Shown piece after piece: positions 57,850-64,000 of a DNA stretch of 64,000 nt (position 1 is its first letter; the number at the start of each line of letters is the position of its first letter). Both the position numbers and the translations under genes were made by a program. Origin of the DNA: Chitinophagaceae bacterium (GTDB lineage: Bacteria; Bacteroidota; Bacteroidia; Chitinophagales; Chitinophagaceae); contig OZ241749.1 of NCBI GenBank assembly GCA_965200945.1, positions 2,268,212 through 2,332,211 of the forward strand, read 5' to 3'. Under the pieces are notes generated by a model, which worked only from the letters and a program-made list of their open reading frames with translations, did no database searches and was not told where the DNA came from.

Positions 57850-58815
57850 ATGAACAGCAACCACATTCAGCAATCCGCAATACAGACCATTCAACTGGAG
57901 ACAGCTTCCATTGCAGGCCTTGCCCGTTTTATCAACGAAGATTTTGCCCGTGCCATCACCATGATCCAGGAGAGCAGGGGGCGGCTCGTGATCAGCGGCA
58001 TAGGCAAAAGCGCGATCATCGCACAGAAGATCGTGGCCACCCTCAATTCAACCGGCACGCCGGCCCTTTACATGCATGCCGCCGACGCCATTCACGGCGA
58101 CCTGGGCATGGTTCAGAAACACGATGTGGTGCTCATCATAAGCAAGAGCGGTAACAGTGCGGAGATCAAGGTATTGGTTTCGCTCATCAAAAACTTCGGC
58201 AATACCCTGATCGGTATGGTGGAAAACAGCCAGTCTTTCCTGGCGCAGCAGGCAGACGTGGCCATTTACACGACGGTGGAAAAAGAAGCGTGCCCCAACA
58301 ACCTGGCCCCTACCAGCAGTACAACGGCCCAGATGGTGATGGGCGATGCCATCGCCATCTGCCTGATGGAGCTCAACCATTTTACGGGTGAAGACTTTGC
58401 CCGTTTTCACCCCGGGGGCATCCTCGGCAAAAGACTGTACCTGCGGGTCGCAGATATTTATATGCAGAACGAAAAACCTGCCGTACTGCCTGCACAGACC
58501 CTGAAGGAAGTGATCGTGGAAATGACACGGACCAGGCTGGGCGCCACCGCGGTAACAGACCGTGAAAACAACCTGCTGGGTATTATCACGGACGGGGATC
58601 TTCGCCGCATGCTGGAAAAAGATTCCGCCCTAGGAGCGGTAAAGGCGGCCAACATCATGACGGTCAACCCCAAAGAGGCCAGTCCGGACGACCTTGCGGT
58701 AGAAGCGCTGAATGTGATGCGCAGGCACAGCATTTCACAGCTTGTTGTGTGTAAAGATGGTAAATACCTGGGCATCATACACCTGCATGATCTGCTGAAA
58801 GAAGGACTTATCTGA
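57850..58815 (+). CDS. kpsF: KpsF/GutQ family arabinose-5-phosphate isomerase (SIS plus two CBS domains)
   Basis: GRLVISGIGKSAIIAQK, SKSGNS and tandem CBS motifs. Confidence 0.85.
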   Translation: MNSNHIQQSAIQTIQLETASIAGLARFINEDFARAITMIQESRGRLVISGIGKSAIIAQKIVATLNSTGTPALYMHAADAIHGDLGMVQKHDVVLIISKSGNSAEIKVLVSLIKNFGNTLIGMVENSQSFLAQQADVAIYTTVEKEACPNNLAPTSSTTAQMVMGDAIAICLMELNHFTGEDFARFHPGGILGKRLYLRVADIYMQNEKPAVLPAQTLKEVIVEMTRTRLGATAVTDRENNLLGIITDGDLRRMLEKDSALGAVKAANIMTVNPKEASPDDLAVEALNVMRRHSISQLVVCKDGKYLGIIHLHDLLKEGLI

Positions 58816-58920
58816 TTTTTTGAAGGTGCGACTGATTGCTCAAAATAAAAACCGTGGATATTTGTTTATAGATCTGTAAACCAAAATTTTAATTTCTTTG
58901 TACGATTATAAATAGAGATT

Positions 58921-60003
58921 ATGAACAAACACTACTATGTGGTTATTATGGCAGGCGGCATTGGAAGCCGTTTCTGGCCCATGAGCCGGGCTGGATATCC
59001 AAAGCAGTTCCTGGATATATTAAACACAGGTAAAACTCTGATCCAATGGACCTTTGACCGTTTTGCGTCTTTTATTCCGGCAGAGAACATCTATGTGGTT
59101 ACCTCGCAGGAGTACACTTCCATCGTAAAAGACCAGCTTCCCGATATACCGGAAGAAAACGTTCTTGGCGAACCCTCCCGGAAAAATACCGCGCCCTGTA
59201 TCGCATACATCTCATTCAAACTGCACCAGAAAGACCCGCAGGCTTCCCTCATCGTAGCGCCCGCGGATCACATCATCCTCGACGTCACCGAATTCACCAA
59301 GGTGTGCCTGGAAGCGCTGACCTTCATAGGCAAGCACAATGCATTCATCACGCTGGGCATCAAGCCGACCTATCCCAACACGGGCTACGGCTACATCCAG
59401 TTCGAGCAGCATGCCATCACCGACAACGTATACAAGGTGAAGACCTTCACCGAAAAACCGAACCTGGAACTCGCAAAGACTTTCCTGGCCAGCGGTGATT
59501 TTCTGTGGAACGCAGGCATCTTCGTGTGGCAGATCAAGAATATACTGACCGCATTCGAAAAATACCTCCCGGAAATGTATGAAGTCTTCTCTGCGGAAAA
59601 GGAAAAGTTCAACACCGAAGAAGAAGAAAAAGCACTGAAAGAAGTTTATTCCCTGTGCACCAATATCTCCATCGACTTCGGCATCATGGAAAAGGCAGAC
59701 AACGTATACATCATCCCTTCGGCATTCGGCTGGAGCGACCTGGGCACCTGGAACAGCGCCTACGAAAACCTGAATAAAGACGAGTATGAAAATGCGCTTG
59801 GCACGGAAAACTTTATTCCGATCGAAACGACCAACTGCATGATCCACGCGCCGAAAGACAAGCTGCTGCTGCTGCAGGGGCTCGACAATTACATCGTTGT
59901 AGACACCAATGACGTACTGCTGGTCTGCAGAAAAGACAAGGAGCAGGAGATCAAGGAATATGTCGCAGAAGTGAAAAAACAGAAAGGAGACAAGTTCCTG
60001 TAA
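58921..60003 (+). CDS. mannose-1-phosphate guanylyltransferase
   Basis: VIMAGGIGSRFWPMSR, EPSRKNTAPCI, GYGYIQ, WSDLGTW. 360 aa with no isomerase domain. Confidence 0.85.
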   Translation: MNKHYYVVIMAGGIGSRFWPMSRAGYPKQFLDILNTGKTLIQWTFDRFASFIPAENIYVVTSQEYTSIVKDQLPDIPEENVLGEPSRKNTAPCIAYISFKLHQKDPQASLIVAPADHIILDVTEFTKVCLEALTFIGKHNAFITLGIKPTYPNTGYGYIQFEQHAITDNVYKVKTFTEKPNLELAKTFLASGDFLWNAGIFVWQIKNILTAFEKYLPEMYEVFSAEKEKFNTEEEEKALKEVYSLCTNISIDFGIMEKADNVYIIPSAFGWSDLGTWNSAYENLNKDEYENALGTENFIPIETTNCMIHAPKDKLLLLQGLDNYIVVDTNDVLLVCRKDKEQEIKEYVAEVKKQKGDKFL

Positions 60004-60035
60004 CTTCATCCGCACTGAACACTTTACCTGGTATG

Positions 60036-60092
60036 CTGTTAAAAATCTATGACCGCCCGGCCTGCTGCCGGGCGGTCATAGATTTTTAACAG
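60036..60092. terminator. 57-nt perfect palindrome (26-bp arms, 5-nt loop), probable bidirectional terminator
   Basis: ctgttaaaaatctatgaccgcccggc - ctgct - gccgggcggtcatagatttttacag-type arms that are exact reverse complements. The GC-rich core is flanked within the arms by A5/T5 runs. Confidence 0.65.
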
Positions 60093-60142
60093 CCGGCTAC
60101 CGCCTATTTGTTATCTTGTACCGCAACCGTTGAATCTGGATT

Positions 60143-61174
60143 ATGGAGAATGCACGCACTGAAATATCATCGCTGGGCGAATTCGGACTGATCGACCACC
60201 TGACACGCAATAACGAGGTCCGCAACGCCACTACCATTCTGGGGGTGGGCGATGATGCGGCCATCATTGACCCGTTCGGCAAGCAGGTGGTGGTAACCAC
60301 CGACCTGCTGGTGGAAGGGGTTCATTTCGACCTTATGTATACACCGCTCAAGCACCTGGGCTATAAAAGCGTGGTGGTGAACCTGAGCGATGTGTATGCG
60401 ATGAACGCCACTCCCACGCAGATCACGCTGGGCATTGCCTTCAGCAACCGCTTCAGCGTGGAAGCGCTCGATGAATTCTATGAAGGCGTGTATGCAGCCT
60501 GTGAAAAATACGGGGTCGACCTGATCGGCGGAGATACTTCCTCTTCACAGAAAGGATTCATAATATCGGTAACAGCCATCGGCGAAGTGACCCCCGAGAA
60601 GTTTGTAAAACGCAGCACCGCCCGCAAAGGCGACCTGCTCTGCGTGAGTGGTTACCTGGGAGGCGCTTTCCTGGGACTGACCCTGCTGGAACGCGAGAAA
60701 AAAATATGGGTGGAAAACCCGGGTATCCAGCCAGACCTGGAAGGGGAAAAATTCATCGTGGGCTGCATCCTGAAACCGGAAGCCCGCAAAGACATCATCG
60801 AATTCTTTGACAAGTCGGGTATCCTGCCCACCGCCATGATGGATGTGAGCGACGGACTGAGCTCCGAAATCCTGCACATCTGCAGGCAGAGCGGCCTGGG
60901 CTGCCTGCTCTATGAAGATAAGATCCCGGTACATGAAGAAAGCCGGCAGGCTGCCTTCAAATTCGGCCTCGACCCTACGGCCTGTGCGCTGAGCGGCGGC
61001 GAAGACTATGAACTGCTTTTTACGCTTCGGCAGGAAGACCATGAAAAGATCGTGCTGAACGAAGAGATCAGCGTAATCGGTTACATGACCGAACCTGAAA
61101 AAGGCTCGCAGATACTCACCAAAGGCGGCAACCGCTATCCCATCACCGCGCAGGGATGGAATGCATTCTCCTAG
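60143..61174 (+). CDS. thiL: thiamine-phosphate kinase
   Basis: GVGDDAAII, DLLVEGVHF, GGDTSSS, SGGEDYELLFT. Confidence 0.9.
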   Translation: MENARTEISSLGEFGLIDHLTRNNEVRNATTILGVGDDAAIIDPFGKQVVVTTDLLVEGVHFDLMYTPLKHLGYKSVVVNLSDVYAMNATPTQITLGIAFSNRFSVEALDEFYEGVYAACEKYGVDLIGGDTSSSQKGFIISVTAIGEVTPEKFVKRSTARKGDLLCVSGYLGGAFLGLTLLEREKKIWVENPGIQPDLEGEKFIVGCILKPEARKDIIEFFDKSGILPTAMMDVSDGLSSEILHICRQSGLGCLLYEDKIPVHEESRQAAFKFGLDPTACALSGGEDYELLFTLRQEDHEKIVLNEEISVIGYMTEPEKGSQILTKGGNRYPITAQGWNAFS

Positions 61175-61197
61175 CAGAGCATCATGACCGTGAAACA

Positions 61198-62697
61198 ATG
61201 AAGGATTTCCTCAAAATAATCATTGCCTGTGCCGGGCTTTTGCTGATGATCGGTTGCGCAACGGGCCGGCATTCGTTCACACCCGATAAAAAGTATCCGC
61301 GCAAACAGCTGGAGCAGGATTATGCCCTTTTCCGGAACATGCTGCAGGAAGAACACCCCAGCCTGTACTGGTATATTTCCAAAGACTCGCTCGACTGGTA
61401 TTTCGATGAAGGGAACCGGCGGATCCGGGACTCGATGACGGAGCCGGAGTTCAAGACCCTGCTCAGCTATGTGGTATCGAAGATCAACTGCGGCCATACC
61501 ACCGTCCGCTCTTCCAAACAATTCCTGCGATTCCTTGATACCGGTCAGGTAAGATATTTTCCACTCAGCATCAAGTTCTGGAAAGATTCGGCGGTGGTGT
61601 ACGACAACCTGAACCGCAACGATACGGCACTCACCCGCGGAACCATCCTCACCAGCATCAACAACCATCCGGTAACCTATTACCGCGACAGCCTGTTCCA
61701 GTTTATCTCTGCCGATGGCAACGCACTCTCGCTCAAATACCAGACACTCAGCAACATGGGCGGCTTTGCCACATGGTATAAAAACGTGTTTGGCCTCTCC
61801 GACCAGACAAAGATCGGCTACCTCACCCCTTCAGGCAGGGAAGATTCGCTGACGGTGGCTGCGTTTGTAAGCAAGAATGATACGGCGAAAGATTACGGTC
61901 ATATGAAAATGCTGAGCCGGAAGGAACGCAGACGGCTTGCCATCTATAACTCCCGCAACCTGCAGATAGATACTTCGCTGAGTTCCGCTTACTGCACGCT
62001 CAACACCTTTACGAGGGGCGATAACCTCACCGGTTTTATCAGGAGCATGTTTAAAACCCTGCGCAAGTACCGGATCCAGAACCTCGTGCTAGATGTACGC
62101 AGCAATGGCGGTGGCAACGTGGGCGTCTCGAACCTGCTCACACGCTACATCTCGGATCATAAATTCAAACTCGCCGATTCACTGTATGCGGTCCGCAAAC
62201 GGAGTACATACGGAAGGCATATTCAGAACAACCTCTTTAATTACCTGTCGATGAACTTCATCACCCGCAGGCGGGATGATGGACGCTATCACTTCGGCTA
62301 CTTCGAGCATCATTTTTTCAAACCAAAGAAAAAAGACCACTACGACGGCAACGTATATGTGATCACCGGCGGGAATACCTTCTCCGCTACCACCCTGTTT
62401 GCCGATGTGATCAAAGGGCAGAAAAATGTGCTGCTCGTGGGTGAAGAGACCGGCGGCGGCGCCTATGGCAATACCGCCTGGATGATCCCCGACGTAACCC
62501 TCCCCAACACCCGGCTCCGTTTCCGGCTGCCGGTGTTCCACATGGTCATCAACAAAGACTTCCAGAAAGGCAGGGGTGTAATGCCGGACGTGTACGTCAG
62601 TCCTTCCCTAGAATCCATCCGCAACGGCGAAGACCCCAAAATGGAGAAAGTGCGCCAGTTGATTCTAGAGAAGCGGAAGTATTCTGTGCGGAAGTGA
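61198..62697 (+). CDS. S41 family peptidase lipoprotein
   Basis: The ATG at 61198 gives the lipobox-like LLLMIGC. DVRSNGGGN and GGNTFSATTLFAD motifs are present. Confidence 0.8.
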   Translation: MKDFLKIIIACAGLLLMIGCATGRHSFTPDKKYPRKQLEQDYALFRNMLQEEHPSLYWYISKDSLDWYFDEGNRRIRDSMTEPEFKTLLSYVVSKINCGHTTVRSSKQFLRFLDTGQVRYFPLSIKFWKDSAVVYDNLNRNDTALTRGTILTSINNHPVTYYRDSLFQFISADGNALSLKYQTLSNMGGFATWYKNVFGLSDQTKIGYLTPSGREDSLTVAAFVSKNDTAKDYGHMKMLSRKERRRLAIYNSRNLQIDTSLSSAYCTLNTFTRGDNLTGFIRSMFKTLRKYRIQNLVLDVRSNGGGNVGVSNLLTRYISDHKFKLADSLYAVRKRSTYGRHIQNNLFNYLSMNFITRRRDDGRYHFGYFEHHFFKPKKKDHYDGNVYVITGGNTFSATTLFADVIKGQKNVLLVGEETGGGAYGNTAWMIPDVTLPNTRLRFRLPVFHMVINKDFQKGRGVMPDVYVSPSLESIRNGEDPKMEKVRQLILEKRKYSVRK

Positions 62698-62914
62698 TGG
62701 CTGAGCGCTATTTTTTGCATGAACGACGTTTCCAAATCAAAAGTTGTGTTACCGCTTGCATTCGGTCAGCGATCATCAGGAGAATCCATCTATCAGGCTC
62801 TTGTCCGGTTCAGACAAAGGGCGGACAAGCTGCAGCGGCTCTATCTCCCTCCTGTCTCGTCGGGGGGAATCGGCTTTAGGACTCTTCACCGACTTACTTC
62901 TATAAATTATGGGA

Positions 62915-62961
62915 CATAAACCAAAGCCCCACAGTTTTGAGCTGCGGGGCCTTGGTTTATG
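62915..62961 (-). terminator. intrinsic terminator hairpin downstream of the PSP1/RicT gene
   Basis: 20-nt arms (cataaaccaaagccccacag / ctgcggggccttggtttatg) with a 7-nt loop. The two mismatches are A-C on the plus strand but become G-U wobbles in a minus-strand RNA. Confidence 0.65.
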
Positions 62962-62978
62962 TAAGAAATCTTTGGTAA

Positions 62979-64000
62979 CTATTGTCCCTGCGTTGGTTTG
63001 GGCGGGCGGGGAGGCCGGTTGCTGGATGGTGGCCGTTGATCACCGCGGTCTTTGTTGACACGGGGCGGGCCCTGGTTGATCTTTGGATTGGCTGGTCTGT
63101 CGGAAGGTTGTGAGGGGCCTTTCTGCGGGTTGGGATTGCCACCACTTCTTGGCGGTCCCTGCTGTCCTCCTTTCTGGGGATCGCGTGCTTCGCGTGGTTC
63201 CCGCGGGCCGCCGCCAGGCCGCTGCGGCTGCGAAGGACCTGCGCCGCCACGCGGCTGCTGGGGTTGACCCTGGCGCTGCATGTTGGCCTGATGCCTTTTT
63301 TTCCGGTCGTTTCTCTCAAGCGCACCCAGACTGATCTGTCCGACAACATCCACAAATTCCGGTTCCGCCTCTTTGGGCTTGCCGGTTGTTACATCCACCG
63401 GTTCCAGTTCATCGGGTGTCAGCCCCTGTGCATTGAGCTGTTTGATCTTTTTGACTCTATCGATGCTGAGCGGATAGTGCTTGCTGCTTTCTTTCAGCGT
63501 GTACCACATCAGGTTCTTGAAAATGTCTTTTTTCACCAGGATGGCCGTGCCGCGCGTGATCTGCAGCGTGTCGCTGTTTTCAGGGAAATGCTGCAGGGCA
63601 TCGAGGTAGGTGTCCAGTTCATAGTTCAGGCAACATTTCAACCGGCCGCACTGGCCGCTGAGTTTGGTCTGGTTGATGGACAGGTTCTGGTATCTGGCGG
63701 CTGTTGTGTTGACGCTTTTGAATTCAGTGAGCCAGGTACTGCAACAAAGTTCGCGGCCGCAACTGCCGATGCCGCCCACCTTGCCGGCTTCCTGGCGGGC
63801 GCCGATCTGCCGCATTTCCACTTTCACCTTGAACTCGGAAGCCAATATCTTGATCAGCTCACGGAAATCGACGCGATCATCGGCGATATAGAAAAAAGTC
63901 GCTTTCCGTCCGTCGGCTTGTATTTCAACTTCCGACATTTTCATGTTGAGGCGCAGCTGGCGCGTGATCGCCCTGGCCCGCACCATCACTTCTTTTTCCT
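62979..64000 (-). CDS. PSP1 domain protein (RicT/YaaT-like), 5' end outside window
   Basis: FFYIADDRVDFRELIKILASEFKVKVEMRQIGARQEA and CGRELCCSTWL...GQCGRLKCCLNYE motifs. The frame stays open to base 64000. It has a long P/G/Q/R-rich C-terminal tail. Confidence 0.85.
   Translation of the reverse strand, partial: EKEVMVRARAITRQLRLNMKMSEVEIQADGRKATFFYIADDRVDFRELIKILASEFKVKVEMRQIGARQEAGKVGGIGSCGRELCCSTWLTEFKSVNTTAARYQNLSINQTKLSGQCGRLKCCLNYELDTYLDALQHFPENSDTLQITRGTAILVKKDIFKNLMWYTLKESSKHYPLSIDRVKKIKQLNAQGLTPDELEPVDVTTGKPKEAEPEFVDVVGQISLGALERNDRKKRHQANMQRQGQPQQPRGGAGPSQPQRPGGGPREPREARDPQKGGQQGPPRSGGNPNPQKGPSQPSDRPANPKINQGPPRVNKDRGDQRPPSSNRPPRPPKPTQGQ

Noticed and set aside
57553-57894. A 113-aa minus-strand ORF in the recQ-kpsF gap.
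   Set aside because: It overlaps the kpsF start and its promoter box. It lies in AT-rich sequence with atypical composition (many C, F, Y, K) and no recognisable motif. A shorter internal version cannot be excluded, but nothing supports it.
62698-62915. Possible tmRNA, SRP RNA or RNase P RNA.
   Set aside because: There is no GGGG...tRNA-like 5'/3' pairing or tag-peptide reading frame, no SRP domain IV motif (GGUCCGGAAGGAAGCAGC-like) and no GAGGAAAGUCC motif. This was checked by eye only, so an Rfam scan would still be worthwhile.
62719-62919. A 66-aa plus-strand ORF after the S41 peptidase gene, together with the 61-aa ORF at 62694-62879.
   Set aside because: Their codon usage is atypical for this window, and the stop lies inside the terminator hairpin. 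The region is reported as unassigned RNA or UTR instead.
1-64000. Scan for CRISPR arrays, tRNA/rRNA genes, transposases, integrases, prophage or toxin-antitoxin modules.
   Set aside because: I saw no regularly spaced direct repeats, no T-loop-like GGTTCGAATCC motifs in intergenic DNA and no recombinase-like translations. The window appears to be core chromosome. The visual scan could miss small or degenerate elements.

Overview
This window looks like a core, origin-proximal chromosome segment of a Bacteroidota genome, probably of the Chitinophagaceae/Sphingobacteriia type. That placement rests on T9SS C-terminal sorting domains, a PorT-like barrel, a CarboxypepD_reg-type TonB receptor, TAnnTTTG -7 promoter boxes and many translationally coupled overlaps. 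By eye the sequence is moderately GC-rich. I call about 66 tightly packed protein-coding genes on both strands. Recognisable housekeeping genes include grpE-dnaJ, pdxA, rsmA, greA, ruvC, uppP, ftsX, leuS, engB, ubiE/menG, a fadB-like gene, dnaA, recQ, kpsF, a manC-like gene, thiL and a PSP1/RicT gene. I recognised no rRNA, tRNA, CRISPR array, transposase, integrase or phage gene. All calls come from reading the supplied translations and the DNA; no search was run. The items most worth follow-up are: (1) A four-gene operon of a UbiA prenyltransferase, a type III PKS, a SAM methyltransferase and an FAD oxidoreductase (37.6-41.5 kb). It has the same enzyme logic as actinomycete alkylresorcinol/alkylquinone clusters, but its product in Bacteroidota is unknown to me. 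(2) A self-contained envelope operon (20.9-23.8 kb) encoding a secreted LolA-like protein, an unusually long YidD homologue with a signal peptide, and two TPR-like/2-TM paralogues, backed onto a TM2 protein. (3) Tandem paralogous 4-TM proteins followed by a winged-helix regulator (10.9-12.4 kb). (4) A terminator-like hairpin in the greA leader. (5) Two candidate oriC regions flanking recQ, next to dnaA. (6) A lysine/alanine-rich histone-H1-like protein that carries a canonical AT-hook.
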